NCBI GenBank assembly: GCA_038872135.1
Contig: JAVZGN010000015.1
Span: forward strand, 1-24,665
From: Candidatus Hadarchaeales archaeon
GTDB lineage: Archaea; Hadarchaeota; Hadarchaeia; Hadarchaeales; Hadarchaeaceae
Direction: 5' to 3'
Length of the DNA: 24,665 nt
Part shown: positions 1-8,199 of the stretch, piece by piece
Position numbering within the stretch: position 1 is the stretch's first letter
How the letters are laid out: each line of letters begins with the position of its first letter
Program-made: the position numbers and the translations under genes
Notes under the pieces: model-generated
Told to the model about the DNA's origin: nothing
Databases searched by the model: none
What the model saw: the letters and a program-made list of their open reading frames with translations, nothing else

Positions 1-4
1 CTTT

Positions 5-421
5 TTACACATAGCTGATGATGTGATCTGCAACATTAACAGCCACATCACTTTCAAGAAGAGTCACCTGCAACTCCCATATTATATCCTCGATATCCTC
101 TGGCGAGAGCTTCCTCCCAAAGATTTTCTTGAGCTCCCGCTTCACAAATTTCGCAGGTTTTTCTGGTGGCAGAAGAGCTGGCTTCTCCTCTAAAGGCTTT
201 TCCACTGGAGGGGGCGGTGCTGCTACCTCCTTCGGCGCCACTGTTTCTGGCCCAAGAGGCTCTGGGGGAAGGACGGCCTCAGGCCTTGGCTGTTCGACTG
301 GAGGTGTCTCGAGCTTCTCCTCCACCGGTGCTTCTTCAACTGGCTCTTCAGGTTTTGAGGCGATTTTCTGGGCTATCGCCTGCTTTATCTTCCCAAGCTT
401 CTTCTTGAGTTTGTCAAACAT
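5..421 (-). CDS. ftsY: SRP receptor FtsY, N-terminal part (acidic Pro-rich region and start of N domain); expected to continue beyond the window edge
   Basis: MFDKLKKKL start, E/P-rich linker, then the FtsY N-domain motif 'LLESDVAVNVA'; follows pfdA in the conserved archaeal cluster. A TAA at 5-7 sits 4 nt from the edge. Confidence 0.85.
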   Translation of the reverse strand: MFDKLKKKLGKIKQAIAQKIASKPEEPVEEAPVEEKLETPPVEQPRPEAVLPPEPLGPETVAPKEVAAPPPPVEKPLEEKPALLPPEKPAKFVKRELKKIFGRKLSPEDIEDIIWELQVTLLESDVAVNVADHIISYV

Positions 422-424
422 CGC

Positions 425-838
425 CTACTCCTTGGGCCCTTCCTCGAGAATCGCCTGCTCGAGGGCGCCGATGTTTGCCTCTATCTTCCGCAGCCTTGCC
501 AATGCCTCGTTTATGGCCTTTTCAATTGCCCCGCTTCTCTCCGAAAGGGTTGCAATGGCTTCATCGGTCGTCTTCTCAACGAAAACATCTGCGCCAAGCC
601 CCACAATCACCTTTTCATTTGAATCAAGCCTCGCTTTGATGAACGCTTCCCCTCCCATTGGGACCAGCATCTCCGTCCCCTGCTTCACTTCCTTCAAAGT
701 TTTCAAAGATTCTGTGCACATGGAGAGCTCCGCCAGCGCAGAAGACAGAATGTCTATCCGTCTTCTGAGAGAGTTGTAGAGCCCCCTGTAGATTTCCATC
801 TGCCCAAGCATTTCCTCCTCTTTTTTTGCTTCGGCCAT
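425..838 (-). CDS. pfdA: Prefoldin alpha subunit
   Basis: Coiled-coil ends around 'EMLVPMGGEAFIKA...KVIVGLGADVFVEK' beta-hairpins; conserved position between rpl18a and ftsY. Confidence 0.95.
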   Translation of the reverse strand: MAEAKKEEEMLGQMEIYRGLYNSLRRRIDILSSALAELSMCTESLKTLKEVKQGTEMLVPMGGEAFIKARLDSNEKVIVGLGADVFVEKTTDEAIATLSERSGAIEKAINEALARLRKIEANIGALEQAILEEGPKE

Positions 839-843
839 TCAAA

Positions 844-1065
844 TCACTCCAACATGGCGAGTATTCTTGGGTCCTTTACCTCTTCAGGCTTTATCTCCGT
901 CACCTTCTCAATATTTATTTGGTTTCTAGTTACTTTATGCTTGCTTCCAACATCTGAATAGATCCTCTCCAGTGCATGTTTCTCTGACAATCCCAATACC
1001 TCCTTTGAAAACTTCTGCTTGAAGATGCCCTTTTTAAACCATCCCTCAACCCTGTAGATTTTCAT
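844..1065 (-). CDS. rpl18a: 50S ribosomal protein L18Ae (LX)
   Basis: 'MKIYRVEG...FSKEV...ALERIYSDVGSKHKVTRNQINI' signature; ATG at 1065 chosen over GTG at 1074. Confidence 0.95.
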   Translation of the reverse strand: MKIYRVEGWFKKGIFKQKFSKEVLGLSEKHALERIYSDVGSKHKVTRNQINIEKVTEIKPEEVKDPRILAMLE

Positions 1066-1070
1066 CTGCC

Positions 1071-1721
1071 TCACCCCACAAGGTTCAACGCACTTTCTAT
1101 CCTTCCCAGCTCAGGTCCAGTTGTTGTAATCCCGGCAATGGCGCAGCGAGAGTTTGCGATCACGCAGAGCCCAACAAACTTTGTGCCGGAACATGCAGTA
1201 CCTATGTCTGCTGGCACCCCGAGGATTTCTGAAGCTGCGTCCATTTCCTCCTTGGAAACATTTGGATGTAGGATGGCTCCTTTATTTGTCGCAACGCCAA
1301 CGGCGCCAACATTTCTGAAACCTGCAATCGTTCCCTTCCTCACCCTGACCCCAAGGGCCTGTTCAACAATTTTAGCGATGCTGTCCGGAAACTCCGGGCT
1401 GATCAGCGCCCCGTAATCATTTGCCAAAATCATGTTCCCAAGAGCTGTGTGCTTTCCCGGAAGATAATAAACATTTAACTCTCCCCCCTCAAATTCAACA
1501 TCAAAAGTTTCCGAGCACAGGACAGCGTTTGAGTTCCCAGCCATCAGAACTCCCACCAGTGGGCTCTTTGAAACGCTTGCCTTTATTATCGAGACACCGA
1601 GGGAACTTGCCACATCTTTCTTGAATGGCAGCCCTTTGGGAAATATTGCAAATTTATCTGTTGAGAGGGAAAATGCCCCAATGAAGGGGTTCTTTCCAAA
1701 GCCCATCCTTTTCACAACCAT
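1071..1721 (-). CDS. eif6: Translation initiation factor 6 (aIF6)
   Basis: 'NPFIG', 'GNMILANDYGALISP', 'VATNKGAILHP', 'TTGPELGRIESAL' motifs; start trimmed to ATG at 1721. Confidence 0.95.
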   Translation of the reverse strand: MVVKRMGFGKNPFIGAFSLSTDKFAIFPKGLPFKKDVASSLGVSIIKASVSKSPLVGVLMAGNSNAVLCSETFDVEFEGGELNVYYLPGKHTALGNMILANDYGALISPEFPDSIAKIVEQALGVRVRKGTIAGFRNVGAVGVATNKGAILHPNVSKEEMDAASEILGVPADIGTACSGTKFVGLCVIANSRCAIAGITTTGPELGRIESALNLVG

Positions 1722-1725
1722 CCTC

Positions 1726-1977
1726 TCACTCCGCCAGGGAGGCCCAGACGGTTCCATCGTCCTTCTTCGTGACCTTAACCTTAATTTTTGTAGGTGGCTT
1801 CTTCGATCCCCTCTCCCAGATTTTCTCCGTCACAGTTCTGTCCAGCTTTATTTCAGGTTCTTTCGTGTGCCTGACGAGAAAATCTCTCACTAGGTTGACC
1901 GCCTTTTTTGCCCTTTTGTACTCCGGGGCCTTTTTCACCTCAGAGAGGGGGATGATGTAAATTTTTTCCTCCGCCAT
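1726..1977 (-). CDS. rpl31e: 50S ribosomal protein L31e
   Basis: 'IYIIPL...KRAKKAV...IWERGSKKPPTKIKVKV' signature; start may be ATG 1977 or 1983. Confidence 0.95.
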   Translation of the reverse strand: MAEEKIYIIPLSEVKKAPEYKRAKKAVNLVRDFLVRHTKEPEIKLDRTVTEKIWERGSKKPPTKIKVKVTKKDDGTVWASLAE

Positions 1978-1982
1978 GTCCA

Positions 1983-2138
1983 TCACGGTTTTATCCTCTG
2001 CCTCCTCCAGCTTCTCTGCTTGATGCTCGTCCTGATCTTCCCCCTAGTTTTTATTATCACCCAGATGGGTGCTCTCTGAGCTCTTCTTCCAGCTTTTATC
2101 AGCCGCTTCTTTTTTGGGAATGGTTTGTTTTTCGCCAT
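1983..2138 (-). CDS. rpl39e: 50S ribosomal protein L39e (51 aa; not in ORF track)
   Basis: Manual translation: MAKNKPFPKKKRLIKAGRRAQRAPIWVIIKTRGKIRTSIKQRSWRRQRIKP*; canonical position before rpl31e. Confidence 0.95.
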   Translation of the reverse strand: MAKNKPFPKKKRLIKAGRRAQRAPIWVIIKTRGKIRTSIKQRSWRRQRIKP

Positions 2139-2140
2139 CC

Positions 2141-2470
2141 TCACAGCCTCGTTATCCTCGTCTCTCTCCTCTTTGAAACGAGCCTGTTCAAAAGAGCTTT
2201 CAGCTGGTCATCTGTTATCTGGGAGGTGATCTGCCCGGCCTGCGCAAGCTGGATGAGCTGTAGCTCAAGCTGCTCGGCGAAAGCCGGCTTAGCCGCCCTG
2301 ATGTTCGCCAACCTGCTCCTAGCCTCCGGTGTCAGGATTTGCTGGAGGATTAACCGCTTCTGAATCTCTATCTGCCTCCTGAGTTCCATCTGCCTTTGGC
2401 GCTCCTGCAACTGGGCCTGAATCTCCTGCATCTTTCTCATTCTTATCTGCTCCAGCTCATCCTCGTCCAT
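2141..2470 (-). CDS. PDCD5/TFAR19-family DNA-binding protein
   Basis: 'DELEQIRMRKMQE...ILQQILTPEARSRLANI...QLIQLAQAG...ITDDQLKALL'; canonical position after rps19e; start trimmed to ATG 2470. Confidence 0.93.
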   Translation of the reverse strand: MDEDELEQIRMRKMQEIQAQLQERQRQMELRRQIEIQKRLILQQILTPEARSRLANIRAAKPAFAEQLELQLIQLAQAGQITSQITDDQLKALLNRLVSKRRETRITRL

Positions 2471-2474
2471 CTCA

Positions 2475-2885
2475 TCACCTTTTAGCAATTTCTCCTGCAA
2501 CCTTTTCCAGAAGCGAGATACCCTTCTTCGTGATTTTCCTTCCAGATTTCTCCTTTTTCACTAGGCCTGCCTTCTCAAGCTGCTGGAGAATCGTCCTTAT
2601 TATCTTTCCGCTTCCCTTCCTGAAGTGCTCGGGCGGTTGCCCCCTGTTCTGACGCCCCCCATAATATGTGCGGAGCCTCGAAACCCCCACCGGCCCATCC
2701 ACATAAATTCTCCTGAGTATCGAGGCCGCCCGCATGTGCCACCAGTCAAGCTGCTCCGGCGGGCGCTCCCTCGAAACCCCAGTCTTGACAAAATAGCTCC
2801 AGGGTGGCGGTGTGAGCTCCTCCATCTTCTTCAGCTCTTCCTTAAGCCTCTGGAGGAGATCCGCGACCGGGACTTCAGATATCAT
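2475..2885 (-). CDS. rps19e: 30S ribosomal protein S19e
   Basis: 'PPWSYFVKTGVSRERPP..DWWHMRAASILRRIY..GPVGVSRLRTYYGG' signature. Confidence 0.97.
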   Translation of the reverse strand: MISEVPVADLLQRLKEELKKMEELTPPPWSYFVKTGVSRERPPEQLDWWHMRAASILRRIYVDGPVGVSRLRTYYGGRQNRGQPPEHFRKGSGKIIRTILQQLEKAGLVKKEKSGRKITKKGISLLEKVAGEIAKR

Positions 2886-2896
2886 CTTCTCACCCT

Positions 2897-3220
2897 CTAT
2901 TCTTTATGACAGCCATTAAAACGCTTTTTTGGAACCGGGATTCTATATCTCCTTCCGCACTTTAAACATGTTATCGTAACAATTTTTTTCCTCACCCTCA
3001 CCCTGCAGGTTGCCCCCGGTCTCCAGAAGGAGAGACATTTTCTGCAGAACTTCAACTTGATTTCCCTGGGAAGTCTGAGGAGGAACTTTTCCTTTATTGT
3101 CCAGGCCCTTCTCACATACCTGTCGGCAAGCTCCGGATATCTGTGGAAGACCTCATCTGCAAAGTTCAAGAGCCTCTCAACCCTTTCCATCGCGATGATC
3201 TTTAAATCGCCCTTTTTCAC
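2897..3220 (-). CDS. rnp4: Ribonuclease P protein component 4 (Rpp21)
   Basis: 'IAMERVERL...ADRYV..A...FCRKC...PG...RVR...ITCLKCG..YR' zinc-ribbon signature. Confidence 0.93.
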   Translation of the reverse strand: MKKGDLKIIAMERVERLLNFADEVFHRYPELADRYVRRAWTIKEKFLLRLPREIKLKFCRKCLSFWRPGATCRVRVRKKIVTITCLKCGRRYRIPVPKKRFNGCHKE

Positions 3221-3894
3221 GAGACCACCCCAAAGTTTCTTTCATAGGCGGAGATGACCTCGGCGACCACGGTGCTGGCCATCAGAGCTTTTGGGTATAT
3301 GCTCACGATTTCATCGGTGAAACTCAGGTCTGAAAGGAAGTTCCCGTGGGGAAATCCTCCGATGATTATGCAAACATCGTCGCCAAGCGCTAGGCCCGAA
3401 AAAAGCTGGGAGAGTGCTCTTTTTTCTCCATCTTCAGATAGAGCGATGATTTTTTTCGGGGAGATCTTCCTGCAGAGATCCTCAAGGGTAGATTTCTGGA
3501 GGGTTAGGAGAGGTTTTTCCGGCGGCACGGCCTTTTTCTTAAACAGCTGCTCCAAGAGACCCTCAAACCTATGGAGAACTCTTGGAAGATTTGCCGAGGA
3601 ATCAACTGAGATGACATAGTTTTCCCTTGTGTGGAGATAGACTTTCAAGTGCCCTTCTGAGTTGAGCGGTGAGTCTAAAGCAATGAGGAGGCACATGTGC
3701 GCGATGTCTGGTCGCCCCCTTCTCTCCCAGTCGCTGAGGCTTCTCATGGCTGGGTAATGGATGCTCGAGTTCAAGAGGATGTCGGTCGGTTTCATTCCCC
3801 TCTTCCTAGCCTGCCAGAGAATCACTCGATGGTGAGCGATTTCTTCTGGCACCAGTTCTACCTCTGAGTCTGCAATTATCAGATGAAGCATCAT
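3217..3894 (-). CDS. nep1: 16S rRNA pseudouridine N1-methyltransferase Nep1/Emg1 (SPOUT)
   Basis: 'RRGRPDIAHMCLLIALDSPLN', 'LPR...RFEGLLEQL', 'IIGGFPHG' motifs. Confidence 0.93.
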   Translation of the reverse strand: MMLHLIIADSEVELVPEEIAHHRVILWQARKRGMKPTDILLNSSIHYPAMRSLSDWERRGRPDIAHMCLLIALDSPLNSEGHLKVYLHTRENYVISVDSSANLPRVLHRFEGLLEQLFKKKAVPPEKPLLTLQKSTLEDLCRKISPKKIIALSEDGEKRALSQLFSGLALGDDVCIIIGGFPHGNFLSDLSFTDEIVSIYPKALMASTVVAEVISAYERNFGVVS

Positions 3895-3964
3895 CCCAAT
3901 CTCCACCTTCTGATATTTAGCCAGTGTGTTTTTGAGTGGGCTTTATCGGACAACTTTGAAAATC

Positions 3965-4645
3965 TCAGCTACCGCCGCCCACGAGTTTTTTCATCAGCTC
4001 CATCGGTTCAAGAACTCTTCCTCCCGCGGCCGCCCTCATTGTGTCGCCATTGAGAGCATCGATGAGGATGAGAGTGCCGGCCTTTCTCCCGAACTCCACC
4101 TTCAGGTCCACAAGCTCCAGCCCACGAGATGAAAGAAATTCATGCACGGCTTCTCCAACTCTTCTCGCTGTTACTCTCATCTCCCCCACCTCCTTCCCGG
4201 TTGCTATTCCAAGCATAGGGATGGCCTGAGAGCTGAGGAGGGGATCGCCCAGGGCATCATTTTTCAGGGTGAACTCCACGAGGTCTAAGGGAGAAAGCGG
4301 TTTCACGAGAGGCCCATACCTCCTGAGAAAGCTCCCGTAAGCCAGCCTCCTGTAGATGACCTCAAGGGGGATTGGCTCAACCAAGAAAACTTCTATCTCT
4401 TCCTTTCCACTTCTTCCCACGAAATGGGTCTCCATTCCCTTTTCCTTTAACAGCTCAAAAAACATTGCAGCAGTGGCAGCACACAGCTCTCCCTTCCCCT
4501 CAGCTTCTCCAACTACAAAATCCCCGCCTGGATCTGGCCTCCCCGCTGAATCTCCAAGCACTGTATTTTTAAATCTCAGGAAAACTCTCCCTTCTCTCCT
4601 CAGCAATATCTTCGTCTTTCCCTCGTAGATTATTTCTTCCTTCAT
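3965..4645 (-). CDS. purC: SAICAR synthetase-like protein (divergent PurC)
   Basis: 'YEGKTK', 'THF', 'IPLEVIYR..AYGSFLRRY', 'EFTLKND..DP', 'LVDLKVEFG' motifs; C-terminal motif divergent. Confidence 0.8.
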   Translation of the reverse strand: MKEEIIYEGKTKILLRREGRVFLRFKNTVLGDSAGRPDPGGDFVVGEAEGKGELCAATAAMFFELLKEKGMETHFVGRSGKEEIEVFLVEPIPLEVIYRRLAYGSFLRRYGPLVKPLSPLDLVEFTLKNDALGDPLLSSQAIPMLGIATGKEVGEMRVTARRVGEAVHEFLSSRGLELVDLKVEFGRKAGTLILIDALNGDTMRAAAGGRVLEPMELMKKLVGGGS

Positions 4646-6492
4646 GGTAGCCCCAGATCATCCGCGATGTCCTTCAGCCCCAGTTCCTCAAGCTTGGCTC
4701 TAGTGGGGGCGCCGTCTTTGGTCCATCCCCGCTCCCGGTAGTAGTCATCGAGCATCAGATCAAGCTCCTCCCTCGAGATGAAGCTCCCTTGGGAGGGTCC
4801 ATTTTTTATCGGCTCCTCCATGACCCTCGGCGGGAGAACATCGTCTTTTCTCGTGAAACCCTCCCGGTAGTTGAAAGCCTTCTCAAGGTTGTAGACCCTT
4901 TCCCCGGCAAGAAGAAGATCTTTGCTCTTGAGCTTCCATCCGTTAACAGCTTTGAAGAAATCCGTGAGCTCCTCCACAAAGTAGAAGTGGCGGGAGAACT
5001 TGCATATCCCAACCATGTCGTAGAGGGTCATGACATCCTCTATAAGCTTCACATATTTCTTTCCCTGGGGTGAAAGCCTATTGACATTTTTTACCTTCCA
5101 CCATCCCCCGCTAAGCTCCGGGGCATAGGCGCAGGACCTGAGATGGCATGCCCCTCGGGTGGAGACCGCAAAGCCGAGGCCAAGACCTTTCAGCCCGCGG
5201 ACATCATAGGCCGGCGGCTCAAGGCCCTTCACGTGAAGCGCAAATTTCTCGGACCCCCCTCCTATCTTTTCTGCTGCCCTCTTCACGCCCTCAGCGAGAA
5301 GGTTGCCGACCCCCTCCCTGTATGCAATTTTTCTGATCAGCTCTAGGATGGCTTCAGGATTTCCAAAATTGAGCTTTAGGCCATCTGTTTCCCGTAGGAG
5401 CCCTCTTTCATAGGCCTCCATCGCCCAGCCGATCACAACCCCTGTGGAAATTGTGTCCAAACCAAGCTCATCGCAGAGCTGGTTGGCCCTCGCAAGAACT
5501 TCTGGGTCAGGGTTGCCCACCTCTGAGCCCAAGGAGTACTGGGTCTCAAACTCTGGCCCATCGACCACGGTCCCCGCATAGGGGCCAGACTTCACCACAA
5601 AGACTTTGCCACACGGCTTTATGCAGTTATGACAGGATTTTGTTTTAATTGAATATTTCGGAACCCAATATTGGGGGGCTATTTTTTTGTAGCCCTTGAA
5701 GGAGGACTCCTGCCAGTTCCTGGTTGGAAAAACCCCATGAACTTCATTCAGGGCCCCGATGAACTCCCCCGTTCCATATCTGATGTCTGCGATGGCGTGG
5801 GGGTGGGTAGAAATCACCTCATACCACTCCCTCAGAAGCTTTTCCATCAGAGTTGGATTGGCGAACTCAATGTCCCCTGAACCTCTGACGGCTATCGCCT
5901 TCAGCTTCTTAGATCCCATCACCGCCCCGAGACCTGTCCTGCCGGCCTGCCTGAAGTCGCACTCTATCCCGGCAATCCTCACTAGGTTCTCTCCTGCCGG
6001 CCCTATACATGCGACCATCACATACCTGTCTCCGAGATCCTTCCTGATCTCCTCCATTGTCCTGAGCGTTGATAGCCCAACAAATGATGAGGCATCTCTT
6101 ATCGCTATTTTGTCGTCGTCGATCCAAAGATACACCCACTTTTTTGAGGCTCCGGAAATTGTCAGGACATCATAGCCTGCAAACTTCAGCTCTGCGCCTA
6201 TCCCCCCGCCGAACATCGCCTCCCCAAATGCTCCGGTGAGGGGTGATTTTGCATAGAAGCCGGATTTCGATGCTTCTGGAACTGGGGTGCCACAGAAGGA
6301 GCCGGGGGAGAGGATGAGAGAGTTTTTCGGACCTAGGGGGTCGGCTTTCGGTGGAACAAAATCATGAAGAAATCTTGCCCCAAACCCATTTCCCCCAAAA
6401 TATGTCTGAGCAACCGCCTTGCTCAGCTCCTGAATCTTCACCTTTCCCGTGGAGAGATCCACATAGAGAGTTTTCCCGCCATAGCCGTACAC
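4642..6492 (-). CDS. Aldehyde:ferredoxin oxidoreductase family protein (tungstopterin enzyme)
   Basis: 'KSPLTG', 'LKFAGYD', 'IGPAGEN', 'GRTGLGAVMGSKKLKAI', 'CHNCIKPCG', 'DELGLDTIS', 'RGACH' motifs; GTG start. Confidence 0.95.
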   Translation of the reverse strand: MYGYGGKTLYVDLSTGKVKIQELSKAVAQTYFGGNGFGARFLHDFVPPKADPLGPKNSLILSPGSFCGTPVPEASKSGFYAKSPLTGAFGEAMFGGGIGAELKFAGYDVLTISGASKKWVYLWIDDDKIAIRDASSFVGLSTLRTMEEIRKDLGDRYVMVACIGPAGENLVRIAGIECDFRQAGRTGLGAVMGSKKLKAIAVRGSGDIEFANPTLMEKLLREWYEVISTHPHAIADIRYGTGEFIGALNEVHGVFPTRNWQESSFKGYKKIAPQYWVPKYSIKTKSCHNCIKPCGKVFVVKSGPYAGTVVDGPEFETQYSLGSEVGNPDPEVLARANQLCDELGLDTISTGVVIGWAMEAYERGLLRETDGLKLNFGNPEAILELIRKIAYREGVGNLLAEGVKRAAEKIGGGSEKFALHVKGLEPPAYDVRGLKGLGLGFAVSTRGACHLRSCAYAPELSGGWWKVKNVNRLSPQGKKYVKLIEDVMTLYDMVGICKFSRHFYFVEELTDFFKAVNGWKLKSKDLLLAGERVYNLEKAFNYREGFTRKDDVLPPRVMEEPIKNGPSQGSFISREELDLMLDDYYRERGWTKDGAPTRAKLEELGLKDIADDLGLP

Positions 6493-6493
6493 T

Positions 6494-6904
6494 TCATCTC
6501 ACCTCCAGAGCCTTCATGACACAGAACTTTGCGCACTTTGGATCGCCATCGCAGAGGTCGCAGATCATCGCAACTTTTTTCAGGGGATGAATTCTGATGG
6601 CGTCGTTGGGGCAGACTCTCATGCAGATCCCGCAGGCATCGCAGGCCTTTTCCTCAACCCTTATGCTCCCGAGATCTGTTTTTGTGAGGGCCTGGTTTGG
6701 GCATGCTCTTACGCATGGGGGATTTTCACACTGGGTGCAGACGTGGGGGATGTCCTCTTCAACGCTTTTTCTCTCCACATGAATCCTCGCCTTCGCTGGA
6801 TTGCAAACATCCTCATGGTAGAATGAGCAGACTAGAGTGCAGACCCGGCATCCTGTGCAGACTTCCTGATTGACCGCGAGTTTCATCTCAGTCCATTTCA
6901 TCAC
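6494..6904 (-). CDS. 4Fe-4S dicluster electron-transfer protein (probable AOR partner)
   Basis: Four Cys clusters (CTGCRVC..C, CTQCENPPC..CP, CDACGIC..CP, CDLCDGDPKC..C) directly upstream of the AOR gene. Confidence 0.92.
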   Translation of the reverse strand: MMKWTEMKLAVNQEVCTGCRVCTLVCSFYHEDVCNPAKARIHVERKSVEEDIPHVCTQCENPPCVRACPNQALTKTDLGSIRVEEKACDACGICMRVCPNDAIRIHPLKKVAMICDLCDGDPKCAKFCVMKALEVR

Positions 6905-6992
6905 GCATCTTAGTCTATTAAATTTTGCTGGAGCTTTCAGGACGGGTTAACATCGTTACTTTATCCCCCATCATCTTGAGCGCCTCTCACAG

Positions 6993-8096
6993 ATGGATAA
7001 AGCAAATGGTCTCCCGCTGCTATATAGAATGTTGAGAGGAGAAGTGTTTGTGAGCAGTGTTATCTTCAGGCCTGTTTGGTTTGATTCAATGGGGGCAAAG
7101 AGCAGCTGCACCATAGTTGAAACCCCAGAAGTGAAGGTTCTCATTGACCCTGGGGCGGCGATAATGCAACCGGGCTTTCCCGCTTCCTGGGCAAAGAAGA
7201 TTTACTGGCTCGCCAAGGCCGAGCTTGCCGTCAAAAGGGCGGCGAAGGGGGCAGATGTCGTGGTGATTTCTCACTATCATTATGATCATTTCACGGATTT
7301 TGATGGAAGCATTTACAAAAACAGGCTTGTTCTGACAAAGAATCCAAACGAGTACATAAACGATTCTCAAAGAAAAAGGGCAGAATCCTTCTTCACAACA
7401 TTTGCTAAGGAGCTTGGCAGGATGGAGCTCAAAATGGAGGAGAGAGAAGCCAAAGAATTTCCCGACCCTCTCGAGGAGATTCCGATCGCCGCAAGGAAAA
7501 GCTTTGGAGACTACATGAAAAGGAGGAGGGAACTCTTCAGAAAGGGTTCGAGATGGCTCGAAGGGAGAGTCAGGAGATGGAACTCCTCTGGATGGATTCC
7601 TGAGATGAGGTTTGGAAAGACGAGGGTGGAGTTCCCGGAAGGAAAAACCTACAGATTCGGGCGCACAAAAATTTCATTTTCAAGGCCATTTTTCCACGGT
7701 GTTGAGTTTTCGAGAGTTGGGTGGGTTTTTTCAACAATTGTGGAGAGGGGTGATGAGAAAATCATTCATTCCTCTGACCTGAACGGTCCGGTGATAGAGG
7801 ACTACGCTGAGTGGATCATAGAGCAGGCCCCCACAGTTCTGATCTTGGATGGGCCAATGACATACATGATGGGATATCTCGTCACGAGAACAACATTGGG
7901 TCGGGCAATTGAAAATGCTGTGAGGATTTTGAGGGAGACCCAGCTTGAGCTTCTCGTCTATGACCACCACCTTCCCCGCGAGCCAAACTTTAGAAAACAC
8001 GCCCAGAAGGTGTGGGAGGAGGGGAAAAAGCTTCACAAAAAAGTGATGACGGCGGCGGAAGTTCTGGGGAAAAAGCCGGTTGTGGAAATTTCATAA
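6993..8096 (+). CDS. Metallo-beta-lactamase-fold hydrolase (UPF0282-like)
   Basis: 'FDSMGAKS', 'LIDPG', 'ISHYHYDH', 'HSSD', 'LDGPMTY', 'DHHL.R' motifs; true start probably about 7029-7050. Confidence 0.85.
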   Translation: MDKANGLPLLYRMLRGEVFVSSVIFRPVWFDSMGAKSSCTIVETPEVKVLIDPGAAIMQPGFPASWAKKIYWLAKAELAVKRAAKGADVVVISHYHYDHFTDFDGSIYKNRLVLTKNPNEYINDSQRKRAESFFTTFAKELGRMELKMEEREAKEFPDPLEEIPIAARKSFGDYMKRRRELFRKGSRWLEGRVRRWNSSGWIPEMRFGKTRVEFPEGKTYRFGRTKISFSRPFFHGVEFSRVGWVFSTIVERGDEKIIHSSDLNGPVIEDYAEWIIEQAPTVLILDGPMTYMMGYLVTRTTLGRAIENAVRILRETQLELLVYDHHLPREPNFRKHAQKVWEEGKKLHKKVMTAAEVLGKKPVVEIS

Positions 8097-8199
8097 ATCA
8101 TTAGCCCTTGAAGGGTTTTCTTGGTGCGGTGAAGCCCGGCGGTTCCCAATGAGCCCCCATTTATACCACTATGGCAGAGAATCTTCTGGGGTGAAAGAG

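Noticed and set aside
1-10. Apparent premature stop (TAA at 5-7) truncating ftsY
   Set aside because: It lies 4 nt from the sequence edge in an essential gene; an end-of-contig error is more likely than a true pseudogene, and it cannot be judged without reads.
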